Source: the human T2T-CHM13v2.0 reference genome, Homo sapiens. Taken from it: a stretch of 64,000 bases of DNA. The stretch lies in assembly GCF_009914755.1 (NCBI RefSeq), contig NC_060935.1. The stretch is one strand, 5' to 3'. Every line of letters starts with the position of its first letter. The stretch's first letter is position 1. The notes beneath the pieces are model-generated. The model had not been told where the DNA came from. It did not search any database and saw nothing but the letters and a program-made list of their open reading frames with translations. The position numbers were made by a program, and so were the translations under genes. Positions 1 to 13,678 of the stretch are shown one piece after another.

Positions 1-1004
1 CCCTGGGCAGCATTTGCTGAGCTGGGAGATTAGGAGGCATCATTTGGTGCCCAGTACTCACATCCCCCAATTGTTCAGAGGCAGTGTAAGGACGATGCAG
101 GCAAGACAGTCTTCAGAGTCAGATGCCAAGTCCTCATGTGACCTTAGAAAAGAAGTGTGACTTCCTGTAAAACAGGAACAAACAGGACTTTTTAGCTGTT
201 AACTTAAAAAAATTACAACACATGCTTGTTATGGAAAATTAAAAGTGTAAAGAGGTTATATAAGGTAAAAAATACCTTCTTCATCCAGCTGTGCTTCCCA
301 GAGATAACCACTGTAAATAGGAGGTGTGTCACCTTCCAGACATGTTTCTATGTGTGCACACATGGACCCAGGCACATAGGCACATACTACTTTCTTTTAC
401 AAAAATATAATAGTGCCAGGCCATATATACTTTTGCCTATGGAGAAGCTGATTCCCAGAGAAAAGAAGTGATGTGCACAAGGTCACACAAAGACAGATTG
501 GAGCAGAGATGGCCCTGACCCTGTGTCTCTTGCCTGTATTTCCAGACTCAGACCGCCTCCTACCCTGCCTCACTCTCTTGGGCTGTGTGCATTCTAATTG
601 AGCACCATAGGGGATACAAAGGCAGACAATTATTCTGGCAGATAGTCAAGGGCAATAGTCAAAATATTTACTACTCTGCAAGTTGCAGCCCCAGCCAATC
701 ATAACTAACATTGGCTGCAAATGACCTTCCTGAGGTTACTGGCTAAATATTGGCCCTGCATGTAGGAGTCTCATTTCACACCCTACATATCTCTCCACGG
801 ATGGCTGGGAAGGAATCCATGAATGAATAAATGAGGATGCAAAGTGATCTGAAATAATATCGCAAAGGAAGAAAAACTTCTTTCGATAGAAGTGTAATGT
901 TATCAACTGCAGTGTTATCTGCCTATATATTTTTACAATCAGAGCCCTGTGAAAGGAGAAGAGGCAATAATAGAAAATGAAGGAAGTAGAAAGGAGATGT
1001 TTAT

Positions 1005-1125
1005 TGGAGTTCAACAGAACTGGACTCGAGATATGGCTCTGCGCTTAGTGGCTCTCAGACCCTGGGCAAGTGACTTAATCTCCTTGACTTTTTTTTTTTT
1101 TTCCTGTAAACATCTGTGAATGTGA
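1005..1125 (+). mobile_element. MIR SINE fragment
   Basis: Core-like 'accctgggcaagtgacttaatctc...catctgtgaatg'. Confidence 0.6.
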
Positions 1126-1258
1126 GGAGGAGAGGCACAAAAAGTAACTTAACCATGATTATACTAATTAAGGGACAGATAGGCTGAGGGGTCTGAGGGA
1201 CTTTTAGTCTAGTGGGCTTATAATTTAATGTCAGGGGTAGCCCAGGGATCCTGAATTT

Positions 1259-2185
1259 TGCCAACAGAAAAATCATGAGATCTATGCAGATTTGGAAACA
1301 GGACTTTATTTCTCATAAAGGGTTATAGCCTGCCAATGGTCATCCTGACAGGCTGAGAAGTGTACCTTCAACAGAGACCGAAAGGCAGTACTTTGAAGAA
1401 GGAGGGGTTGAGGCAGGAGCTTTATGCTACATAGGTTGGCTAAATATACATATTCAACAGGTTACAGGAGAAGCTATGAATATTCACCAAGTGGTTTCTG
1501 ATGCATGCATACTGAATAAACATGCATGCTACAAATGATCTATGTTCATATTGGAGAGGGTACTTAACATTTAAATTTATTACAATGAGGCTATCTATAT
1601 TTCAGAAGATAAAACAGGGACATAAATGTTCTCAAGTGCAAAGCCTCTATAAAACCGACCAGAACCAGTCCATAGTCGGTGGTCTTTTACCAGGAAAGTT
1701 ACTGAAATCTCTTTCTTGTCTAATCAAAGCTGTAGTTATGGCTTGTGGAACAGGAGGTCGGTTAGTCAGCACATGGTGGTGAATGAGCTGCAGTTATTTT
1801 AATATTGCTTTCCTTGAGGCCAGTGCTTGTTGAGCTGCTTAAGAAAGAAAAACCTTGTGGCAGTTAAAACAAAGCTTATTCTTTAAGTGTAGGGGTGCGT
1901 GACTTAACCTTTGCCTGACATGGGCGTAGGTCCTGTTTATAATTGGATATCTTACTGCCACAAAGAGTCTGTTCTGTCAGTCATATGATCTCTATTTTAA
2001 CATTCATGCTGGTCAGTTGGTGTGTCTGTATACAAAAGGGAGAGGATATAACGAGGCTTGTGTGATCTCTTGTCTCCTTATGGCCAGGAACTCCATTTTT
2101 AAGGTTTCTCTGAGGTCTCCTTGGCCAAGAGGGAGTCTGTTCAATTGGTTGGGGTGGGTGCTTAAGGTTTAAATTTTAGTTCTCA
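1259..2185 (-). mobile_element. MER4-group ERV1 solo LTR (MER49/MER4D-like)
   Basis: TG...CA termini; reverse-complement homolog of the LTR at 30870-32113. Confidence 0.75.
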
Positions 2186-2649
2186 ATCCCATATAGGGTC
2201 TTGAGACCTTTCTCATCCTCGATTCAATCTGAGGGCAATTCTGAGTTAAATCTCCAAATAACTTCTATTCTCTCCTTGTGCACCTCATCTCTACCCCAAC
2301 ATACACAGGAGAAGATCACCTGAACAATAAACTTGTAGGTTTAAAGAAACTACTAGGCACCTGGCAATCCCTTGCTTCCTGCAATCTTCCTGTCTTTCTT
2401 GAGATACTTTTTCTTAAGGATTTCTCATGGGTCTGCCTCACTTGACAATGGATATATATACTCTCAGTATTTAGCGTGGAGAAGACCCAGACTCATGAAA
2501 GAGATGCAGAGAACTAGCAGGGAGAGACAGAGACAGAGACAGAGAAAAGCCATGACTAGCATCACTAAATTAACCATGTCCTCGAGACTCATAATTCATA
2601 CCATCGTTATATGTTCTCTAGGTAATTTCTGCAACCTTCCAACAAGTGT

Positions 2650-3229
2650 TCCCATCTCCTGAAGGACAGCTGGGATCATGGCAAACTCTGAGACAAAAAC
2701 CTGCAGTGGCTCGTTGTTTATAGCATTGGCTCCCAATTAAGCCTGTTAAAAATAGAGGTTTGGGGTTTCAATGTATGGAACTTTAGAAGACGAGTTCTGA
2801 GAACTAAAACTATCTACGCCCTACAGAGCTTCTACATCAACGTGACATTACTATAACACTGTCTTCACTAGCATAACTTTACCATTCCAGTGACCGTTAC
2901 ATGGAAAAATGGCTTGATTATTCATTATAGGAATTTCCCAAAATATCCATCAACTCTTCAATGAAAAGTATCAACAGTTTTTACCTTTGAATCTCTTGCC
3001 TTGCCTTGCTTTTCCCACCAATCTTAAACTTCCATGTTGTGATTTTTGCCCTTTTCAAATCAAGACCTCCCCACTCTCTCCACGGAGGGAAGTGGCTTAA
3101 ATGAAACTTAAATTCTCAATAAATTCTAACCTTGCTTTCTGAGATACTGCCAAATCTCTGCTGAAATGGTGTTTTCCCTATCTCATCAACAGTTTGTATT
3201 GGTGATATTTGCGGAAATGGCATTTGACA
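2650..3229 (+). mobile_element. Old ERV-class LTR-like remnant
   Basis: LTR-like 3' end ending '...gcatttgaca'; family not resolved. Confidence 0.35.
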
Positions 3230-3419
3230 GTCCCTAGAAAATTTTGTAGCACAGTTAGATTTGAGAATTCCTTGACAAAATTAAGTCCTAATTCTTGAGT
3301 TTAATGTTCAAGGTCGCCAGCAGTCTGACTGTTGCCTTGGTTTCAAATCAAATGTCCAATTAATCTCTTTTCCCTCTCTTTATTACACTTTATGCTTTCA
3401 AAACCTACACTATATTTAT

Positions 3420-3904
3420 TTTTTGTTTTCTAATCTTATTTTTTACTGATGCTTTGTGTGTGTGATAACTTCATATATTCAAATAAGCTTTGAAGATCAA
3501 ATTGGTGCAATTGGGATATCCATTACCTTAAATATTTATTTATGCTAGAAACATTTGAATTATTCTTTTCTCACTATTTTGAAATAAAGAATATATTATT
3601 GTATAGTCACCTCTCTGATGTATCAAGCACTGGGTCTTATTTCTTCTATCAAACTGTATATTTGTACCCATTAATCAACCTCTCTTCATTTTCCCTCCCT
3701 GCTTGTCTTCCCAACATCTGCTAAACACCAATCCACTCCCTATCATCATGAGATCCACTTTTTTTAGCTCCCACATATGAATAAGAATATGTGGTATTTA
3801 TCTTTCTATGTTTGACTTATTTCACTTAACATAATGACCTCTAGTTCCATTCGTGTGGCTGCAAATGACAGAATTTTATTCTTTTTCATAGATGAATAAT
3901 ATTC

Positions 3905-3961
<57 letters not shown>

Positions 3962-4031
3962 ACATTTTCTTTATCCATTCATCCATTGATGGGAACTTAG
4001 GTTGATTCCATATTTTTGCTATTGTGAATAG
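3420..4031 (-). mobile_element. L1MA-type 3' end containing (TA)n at 3910-3959
   Basis: 'tttagctcccacatatgaataagaatatgtgg...ttcacttaacataatgacctctagttccat'. Confidence 0.85.
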
Positions 4032-5889
4032 CACGGATCTCTAGGGCAGGAGCAAAATGCTGCCAGTCTCTTTGCTAAAGCACAGCAAGAATCACCTTTG
4101 TTCCAATTCCCAGTAAGTTCCTCATTTCCATCTGAGACCGTCTCAGCCTGGACTTTGTTGTTTATATCACTATCAGCATTTTGGTCAAAATCATTCAACA
4201 AGCCTCTAGGAAGTTCCAAACTTTCCCACATCTTCCTATCTTCTTCTGAGCTCTCCAAACTGTTTCAATCTCTTCCTGTTACCCAGTTCCAAAGTTGCTT
4301 TCACATTTTTGGGTATCTTAATAGCAGTACTCCACTTTACCAGTACCAATTTACTGTATTAGTCCATTTTCATACTGCTATGAAGAAATACCAGAGACTG
4401 GGTAATTTATAAAGAAAAAGGGGCTTAATAGACTCACAGTTCCACGTGGCTGGGGAGAAATTCAAGCTGGCTTATTCACTATCATGAGACTTATTCACTA
4501 TCATGAGAACAGCACAGGAAAAACCTGACCCCATAATTTAGTTACTTCTCACTGGGTCCCTCCCATGACACATGGGGATTATGGGAACTACAATTCAAGA
4601 TGAGACTTGGGTGGGGACACAGCCAAACCATATCATTCCACTGCTGACCCCTTCCAAATCTCATGTCCTCACATTTCAAAACCAATCATGCCTTCTCAAC
4701 AGTCCCCCGAAGTCTTAACTCATTTCAGCATTGACTCAAAAGTCCACAATCCAGTCTCATCTGAGACAAGGCAAGTCCCTTCCACTTATGAGCCTGTAAA
4801 ATCAAAAGCAAGTCAGTTACTTTCTAGATACAGTGGGGTACAGGCATTGGGTAAATACACCCATTCCAAATGGGAGAAACTGGACAAAACAAAGGGGCCA
4901 CAGGCCTCATGCAATTTTGAAATCCAATAGGAGAGTCATTGAAGTTCCAAAATGATCTCCTTTGACTACATGTCTCACATCCAGGTTGCACTGATGTAAG
5001 AAATAGGCTCCCATGGTCTTGGGCAGCTCCACCTCTGTGGTTTTGCAGGGTATAGCCCCTGATCCTGGCTGCTTTTACAGGCTGGCATGGAGTGTCTGCA
5101 GCTTTTCCAGGTGCACAGCGCAAGCTGTTAGTGGATCTACCATTCTGGGATCTGGAGAAGGATGGTGGTCCTCTTCTCACAGGTCTACTAGGCAGTACTC
5201 CAGTAGAGACTCTGTGTGGGGCCTCCAACCCCACATTTACATTCTGCACTGCCCCAGTAGAGGTTCTCCATGAGGGCTCTGCCCCTGTAGCACACCTCTG
5301 CCTGGACATCCAGGCATTTTCATACATCCTCTGAAATCTAGGGAGAGGTTCCCAAACCTCAGTTTTTAACTTCTGTGCACCCACAGGGCCAACACCATAT
5401 GTAAGCTGCCAAGGCTTGGGGCTTGCACCCTCTGAAGCAATGGCCAGAGCTGTACATTGGTTTTTTTAGCCACAGATGGGACACAGAGCACCAAGTCCTG
5501 AGACTGTACAAAGCAGAAAGGCCCAGGGCTTAGCACACAAGACCATTTTTTCCTCCTAGCTCTCCAGGCCTGTGATGGGAGGGGCTGCCATGAAGACTTC
5601 TGACATACCCTGGAGGCATTTTCCCCATTGTCTTGGCAATTAACATTTGGATCCTTGATACTTATGCAAATTTGCAAATTTCTGCAGCCAGCTTGAATTT
5701 CTCCTCAGAAAATGAGTTTTTCTTTTCTATCACATTGTCAGGCTGTAAATTTCCCAAACTTTTATGCTCAGCTTCCCTTTAAGACACAAGTTTCAATTTC
5801 AAACCATGTCTCTGTGAATGAATAAAACTCAATGCTTTTAAGAATACCCAAGTCACCTCTTGAATGCTTTGCTGCTTAGAAATTTCTTC
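4032..5889 (-). mobile_element. THE1(C/D) MaLR element, circularly permuted: internal 4032-4354, single LTR 4355-4635, internal 4636-5889
   Basis: LTR 'tgtattagtccattttcatactgctatgaag...agccaaaccatatca' has THE1 internal sequence on both sides. ORFs 4824..5384 and 4019..4258 are decayed THE1-int peptides. Confidence 0.9.
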
Positions 5890-7680
5890 TTTCTCTGGTG
5901 CCTCCTTGATTAGCTTAATAATCAAAGCTCTGATTTCTTTTTCTGGCAATTCAGAGATTTCTTCTTGGTTTGGATCCATTGCTGGTGTGCTAGTGTTATA
6001 TTTTGGGGGTGTTAAAGTACTTTGCTTTTTCATATTACCAGAATTGTTTTTCTGATTCCTTCTTATTTTGGTAGACTGTGTCAGAGGAATGCTATGGGGC
6101 TCAAGGATACTCTTCAGATTCTTTTGTCCCAAGGGGGTGATCCCTTGAAGCCCTTCCACTAGGGATGGGGCTTCCTGAGAGGTGGACTGCAGTGATTGTT
6201 ATTGTTATTCTGGACCTAGCCACCTAGAAGAGCTAATGGGCTTCATGCTGGTACTGGGGAGTGTCTGCAACTTGTCCTGTGATGTGATCTGTCTTCAGGT
6301 CTCTCAGCTGTGGATACCAGCACCTGCTCTGGTGGAGGTAGCTGGGGAGTGAGGTGGACTCTGTGTGGGACCTTGATTATAGTTTTATTTAGTGCACTGT
6401 TTGTTTGAAATGCTAGTTAATGTAGCAGTGAAGTTGTCACATGGACAGACTCAGGACCTCTGGTTAGCCAGGATGTTACAGGTGATAGAATTAGCTGTTG
6501 TTTTCTCCTTTCTTAGAGCAGGGTTGTTCTTTTTTGAGTTTCTGTAATGGCTTGAGTTTGTTGGCCTCCAACCAGGAGGTGGTGCTTTCAAGAGAGCTTC
6601 AGCTGCAGTGGTATAGGGAGAATACAAGCTTGCCCTAAGGTATTCAGATTTCTTGGGTGATGGGTGGGGCCACAGAGCTCCCAAAAGATTATGACTTTTG
6701 TCTTTAGCTACCATAGTGGTTAGTGAAAGACCATCAGGTGGGGGCAGTGTTAGGCCTGTCTGAGCTCAGACTCTCTTTGGCTGGGGATTGCTGCAGCTGC
6801 TGTGGGGGATGGAGGTGTGGTTCTCAGGCCAATGGGGTTATGTTCCCAGGGGGATTATGGCTGCCTCTGCTGCATCATACAGGTCACCAGGGAAATGGGG
6901 GAAAGCCAGCAGTGACAGGCCTCACACTGCTTACATGCAGCCAAAAAGGCCAGTCTCACTCCCACCATGCCCTACCAAGAGCACCAAGTTTATATCCAGG
7001 CAGCCGGTGAGCAGGGCTGAGATCTTGCCCCAGGCTACAAGCCTCCCCACTGAGAAAGCAGATGTGGCTTTCATGCTTTACCCCTTCCCACCTGCTGTGG
7101 CTTCTGTACTCATATCTGCACTTCCTATTCACCCCCTATCCCCTAGATTCTGCCCAGGAAAATTCATGTTCGGCTGAAATTATTTCAAAGTTCAGCTGGA
7201 AGTTTCCTTCTCACTGTGGTTCTTCCCCAATTCCACTGGCAGCTGTCCCCAAGGACCCCTGTAAGATAAAGTCAGAAATGGCTTCCCTGGGTTTCCTTGG
7301 GGGTCAGGAGTGTGTATACAGCTCTTTCCGCTGCTTCTTCTACTTTGATATTTCACTTGGCTCTCTAAATTTGTTTCAGCACTAGATAAAGTTAAACTCT
7401 TCTTCCACGATCTGGATTTTCAGGTTCCCCAGTGAGGATATGTGTTCAGAGGTAGACTCTCCCCCTCTCACACTCTGGGCATTCACAATTTTTTAGCTGT
7501 CTCATGGTGTTTGCAGCAGCAAGCTACTTCTTTCAAAGGGTCAGTGAATTCTTTTGGTTTTTCTACTATGCTTCTGTGGTAGTTCTTGAAGCAACTGTTC
7601 ACAATGTGAGTTTCCACATGCTGTTCTGTCTGTCTAAGTGGGAGCTACAAGTTATTCCTGCCTCCTATCTGCCATTTTTT
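5890..7680 (-). mobile_element. L1PB-type 5'UTR and ORF1 start
   Basis: ORF 5779..6159 contains L1 ORF1 N-terminus (NQKNNSGNM...PAMDPNQEEISELPEKE). Confidence 0.8.
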
Positions 7681-9564
7681 TTTTCCAATTTGAGTTGGGA
7701 ATGGTCTTTTAAATGTGTTGTTGAATTTGGTTTGCTGGTATTTTTTCATATCTAAATTCATGAGAGATGTTGGCCTGCAGTGGTCTTTTTGTTGTGTTCT
7801 TGTCTGATTTTGGTATCAAGGTAATGCTGGTCTCATAGAATGAGTTTGGAAGTATTCTTTTATCTGTAATTTTTTGAATAGTTTGAGTGAAATGGGTATT
7901 ACCTTTCTTTAAATGTTTGGTAGAATGCAGCAGTGAAGATACTAGGTCCTGGACTTTTCTTTGATGGGAGACTTTTTATTATGGCTTTGACCTTGTTGCT
8001 TGTTACTTGTTGGTAAGTTTAGGTTTTCCATTTCTTCATGATTCAGTCTTGGTAGGTGTATGCATCCATGAATCTATCCATTTATTTTAGGTGTGCCAAA
8101 GTTTTGATGTGTATTTGTTCATAATAGTCTGTAATGATTTTTTTTTTGTATTTCTGTGGTCTCAGTGGTTATGTCTCCTTTTTATGTTTGATTTTCTTTA
8201 TTGGGGGTCTTCTTTCTTTTTTCTTGGTTAGTATAGCTAAAGGTTTGTTTATTTTGTTTACCTTTTCAAAAAACCTACTTTCTGTTTCATTAATCATCTG
8301 GATTTATTTAGTTTCAATTTTATTTATTTCTACTCCGATTTTTATTATTTCTTTCCTTCTGCTAATTTTGGGTTTCATTTGTTCTTGCTTTTCTAGTTTC
8401 TTGAGGTTCATTATTAGATTGTTTATTTGAATTCTTTCTATTTTTTGTTGTAGATATTTGTTGCTATAAAATTCCCTCTTAGTACTGCTTTTGCTGTATC
8501 CCATAGATTTGGGTATGTTGTGTTTCTATTTTCATTTGTTTAAAGATATTTTAAAATTTCTTTCTTAATGTTTTTATTGACCTATTTGTTATTCAGGAAT
8601 ATGTTTAATTTCCATGTGTTTGTGAATTCTTCAAGGTTTCTCTTGTTATTGATTCTAGTGTTATCTCATTGTGGTCAGAAAAGATATTTTGTATGATTTC
8701 TACATTTTTTAATTTGTTGATACTTATTTTGTGGCTTCAGATATGGCCTATCCTAGAGAATGTTGCATGTGCTGATGATAATAATGTGCATTTTGCAGCA
8801 TTTGGGTGAAATGTTCTGTAAATATCAGGCCTACCTATTTGGTCTAGTATGCACTTTAAATTCATTGATTATTTGTTGATTTTCTCTTTGGGTGATCTGT
8901 ACATTACTGAGAGTGGGGTGTTAAACTCCTCTACTATTATTGTATTGCCACTTATCTCTTATTTTAGAATTATTAGTGTTTGATTTAAATAGTCATGAGT
9001 GCCTATGTTGAGTGCATACATATTTATAATTGTTATATTCTCTTGCTGGGTTGACCTGTTTATCATTATATAGTGGTCTTCTTTGTCTCTTATTAGTCTT
9101 TGACTTGCAGTCTATTTTATCTGACATACATATAGCTACTCATATTCTTTTTTGGTTTCCAGATGCATGAAATATCTTTTTCCACTCCTTCACTTTTAGT
9201 CTATGTGAGTCTTTATAGGTGATGTGGGTTTCTTGTAGGCAGCGTATAGTTGGTTCTATTTCTTTATTCATTTAGCTACAGTCTGCCTTTTGATTGGAGA
9301 ATTGAGCCCATTTACATTTAATGTTATTATTGATAAGTAAGGACTTTCTATGGCCTTTTTTCAGGTTTCTTTTCTGGTTGTTTTGAGACTCCTCTCTTCC
9401 TGTTTTCTTTCTTTATTGCTTTCCTTTGTGAGTAAGTGATTTTCTCTGGTTGTATGTTTTAATTTGTTGCTTTCTATTTTTAGTAAATTTATTATAGGTA
9501 TTTGCATGTGGTTACATGAGGCTCACAAAGAATGTCTTATAGATAGATATAACAAGTTATTTTG

Positions 9565-9880
<316 letters not shown>

Positions 9881-10169
9881 TTATTTTAGATTACCAGGAA
9901 AAAAAAAAACAAATAAAAAATGAAAGAAAACCTTTACACTTTAACTCCATTGCCACCACATTTTGACTTTGTGTTGTCTCAGTTTACATGTTTTTTTTAT
10001 TTTCCATCTCTTAACTGGTTAACAATGTTAGCTATATCAATAACTATTACTGTTTTTGATAGATTTGTCTTTTGGCTTCATATTAGACTTATGAGTGGAT
10101 TACACACCACAGTTACAGTAGGAGAGTATTCTGGGTTTGTTTACATACTTATTTTTAGCTGTGAGTTCT

Positions 10170-10472
<303 letters not shown>

Positions 10473-12221
10473 AGCAATGGGTTCTATACCTTCAAATATT
10501 TTCTTTTTGTATGTTAGTGTATTTTCTTTTTCTATTTCTGATTGAAGACCTCCAGTTGGGATTTCTTGCAAGACAGGTCTGGTGGTGGTGAATTATCTCA
10601 GCTTTTGTTTGTCCAGGGAAAACTTTATGTCTTCATATTTGAAAGATAGCTATTTTGGATACAGTATTCTTGGATTATAGGTTTTTTTCTTTCAAGACTT
10701 TGAAAATATACTACTCTCTTTAGTCCTTCTTTTCTTTGAGAAATCTGTTGCCAGATGAATTGGAGTTCTTTTGTATGACATTTGGATCTTTTCTCTTGCT
10801 GCTTTTAGGATCCCCTCTCTCTTTGATCTTTGAGAGTTTTACTATTATATGTCTTGGTGTAGTCTTACTTGGAATGAATCTGTTTGGTTCTCTGATCTTC
10901 TTATACCTGGATATTTATATCTTTTTTTTAAGTTTTAGAACATCATCTTTTTGTTATTATTTCTTTGAATATGCTTTCTACCTCTTATTGAATTCCCTTT
11001 TAAACTCCAATAATTCTTAGATTTGGTCTTTTAAAATTATTTTGATCTTGTTAAATTTCTCTGATAAATTTCTAAATTATTTTTTTGTGTTATCTTGGAG
11101 ATCTCTGAGTTTCCTTGAAACTGCTATTTTGAATTGTTCATCAGAGTTCACATATCCCCATCTCATTAGGGTTAGTCACTTGTGTTTTGCTTTGTCTGTT
11201 TGGGGAGGTCATAGTTCTGTTAGATGTTGTTTCTTGTGGATGTATATCTATGTCTTTGCATTAAAAGATTATTTATTTATTTCAGTCTTCTCTGTTTGGC
11301 TTGTTTTGTCTTTTACTATATATGTATGTTTAGAGATTCTTTGTAATTTACCTGTTGATTGTCTTTTCTTTTCTTCTTTCTTTCATTCTTTTGTTTTCTT
11401 TCTCTTTCTTTCTTTTCTGCTAGGTTGTTGTCTCCTTTTCAGCTCTAGATGACAGCTTAAGCCTAGGTCTGCCTCTAAACAATCAGAGTGCCTCCTGTCT
11501 GGAATGCGGTGGCCTCAAAGGGGATAATGGGGGAAGGCCAGATAGGCGTTTGTGCCCAGAAGACCTGTGGAACAAACCTCCTATAGCATGGTGCTGCTGA
11601 GCAGCCACTCTGATTTGGCATCTCCTTTGGCTGACTTACAGAACAGAGTTTCCAGGGCCGGAGATGATAGTCTCACCTCCCCCATTTGTCTCTGGCTGTC
11701 CTCTGAGATATGTTTTCCTTTAGGCATTTCCAATGATTCTCTTGGGTTGAGGCAGAGACATGTTTCCTATCAGGAAACCCAAGATGATGGGGAAGCTGTT
11801 TGTCAACCTTGATCTCACTTTTACAGTGCAGAAACTGTGATTTGAGGAGAAACTTTTCACATACTTGGTGTTGAGCAGATTTCAGGGAGCAACATTGCTG
11901 ATATGGATATCTGATTCTCTTACTGTCTGCTCAGAGCTTTTTCTGAGCATCTCTCTGTGGCTCTGGGAACTATCTTCTCCTCATATTTGAGTTCTGGGAC
12001 ATTACTGGTGATAATCTTGGTGCTGTATTTTTTTTTCTGGTTTTCTAGGACAATGGGAGGTAAAACCAACTTGCTTCTATGCCACCATTTTGGAACCAGA
12101 AGTTACAAACTCTACACTTTTCACTAGCCTGTATTCTTGTATTTTATCAGCTTCATGCTTTTATTCATGCTTTAGGCTGTGCTAATCCTCCTACATCTCA
12201 GCATCTTTTTCTTACCTGTGT

Positions 12222-12651
12222 TGTAACTGGTCTCCAAAGGCAGTTCCAAATTAACCACCCACCCCAGGATTCATCCCACTTGGAAGTCCTGTTCTACAGT
12301 GAATCTGTGCTGGCCCTGTGACTCACTTTAATTAAATATTGCAGACATGAAGCTGTCCCTACACCTAGAAGGCCTGGGCGCTTTCATATCTAGGAACCCA
12401 AGCCAACCAGCTATTCTAGCTCTGTCAGCATCCTGGCTCAGCCTTTATGCTATTTTCATGTAAGTGCTAGATATGTAGCTGAACCATGTTGGACAGTCAG
12501 GCCTAACTGAGCTCCTGGCCAGCATACCAGGGAACACAAGTGGTGTCCTGCTGAGCCCATTGAAACCACAGAATAGTGAGGGAAAAAGGACTGTTGTTTT
12601 AGACCACCCGGTTTTGTGGTGGTTTGTTATGTAGCAATAGAAAACCAAACA
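12222..12651 (+). mobile_element. MLT1-type MaLR LTR
   Basis: 3' end 'gttttgtggtggtttgttatgtagcaatagaaaaccaaaca'. Confidence 0.7.
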
Positions 12652-13114
12652 CCACTTTCAAGGCCTTTCTCAAAAGCCACTCCTTTAGTAGGCGTGTCAC
12701 TATCCCACTACTGTCCCATTCCACAGCTGGAAGTGGGAATCACATAGTTCCCTAGTGTAGTCAAACAGAAGATATTTAGCTTCCTGAGTGGAGCCTTCCA
12801 ACTTGTCTTTGCCTCCCTAAAGTGTATTTCATAAATTCAGCATGTTTTATAATCAGTGGGCCTTTTTAGGTGAGACCAGCAATTTAGGAAAAACTGTTAA
12901 GGGGTAGAAAAATTTGTGGTATACAATTACCCCCAGCAGATCAAATGTGCTTCCTACAGAGATAAAACTACTATCCAGAGAGGGGATCATAGCTTTTGAT
13001 TTTGAAAGTTAGCCAGTTTACAGCTTATCTACTAGAGACAGGGATAACTACTATATTAAGGAAATATAGAGGTATAACCCCAGGAGCATGTATAAAGAAA
13101 AACGTGGAGGGAGA

Positions 13115-13488
13115 TGATATGGTTTGGCTCTGTGTCCCCACCCAAATCTCATCTCAAATTGTAATCCTCAGGTGTTGAGGGAGGCACCTAGCGGGAAGTG
13201 ATTGGACTATGGGGGCGGTTTCCCCCATGCTGTTCTCATGATAGTGAGTGAATTCTTACAACATCTGGTGGTTCTAAAAAGTGTTTAGCAGTTTCCCCCA
13301 CACTCTTCTGTCTCTCTCCCGACACCATGTAAGATGTGCCTTGCTTCCCCTTTACCTTTCGCCATGAGTGTAAGTTTCCTGAGGCCTCCTCAGCCATGCA
13401 GAAGTGTGAGTCAATTAAATCTCTTTTCTTCATCAATTACCTGGTCTCATGTAGTATCTTTATAGCAGTGTGAGAATGGACTGATACA
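13115..13488 (+). mobile_element. THE1D/MSTA-type solo LTR
   Basis: 'tgatatggtttggctctgtgtccccacccaaatctcatc...gaatggactgataca'. Confidence 0.9.
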
Positions 13489-13659
13489 GAGGACATGACA
13501 TTCGAACTTCTTGGTTTATAGTGCAGGCTTTTCACTAAATTGTTACCCATGACCATACTTTCTGCCTGTTTTAAAAGCCAATAAAATACAAGTCTTCTTT
13601 AGTGGTGAGCAGTTGATTTTATTCTGGAAGCCTGGAACTCCTCGCTGTGTCAGCATCAC

Positions 13660-13678
13660 CGACCAGCAGAGGGCGGTG
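13660..13678 (+). promoter_or_regulatory. CTCF motif (forward)
   Basis: CGACCAGCAGAGGGCGGTG matches core CCASYAGRKGGC, in non-repeat sequence. Confidence 0.65.

Noticed and set aside
4824-5384. 186-aa ORF
   Set aside because: Decayed THE1 internal ORF fragment, not a host gene.
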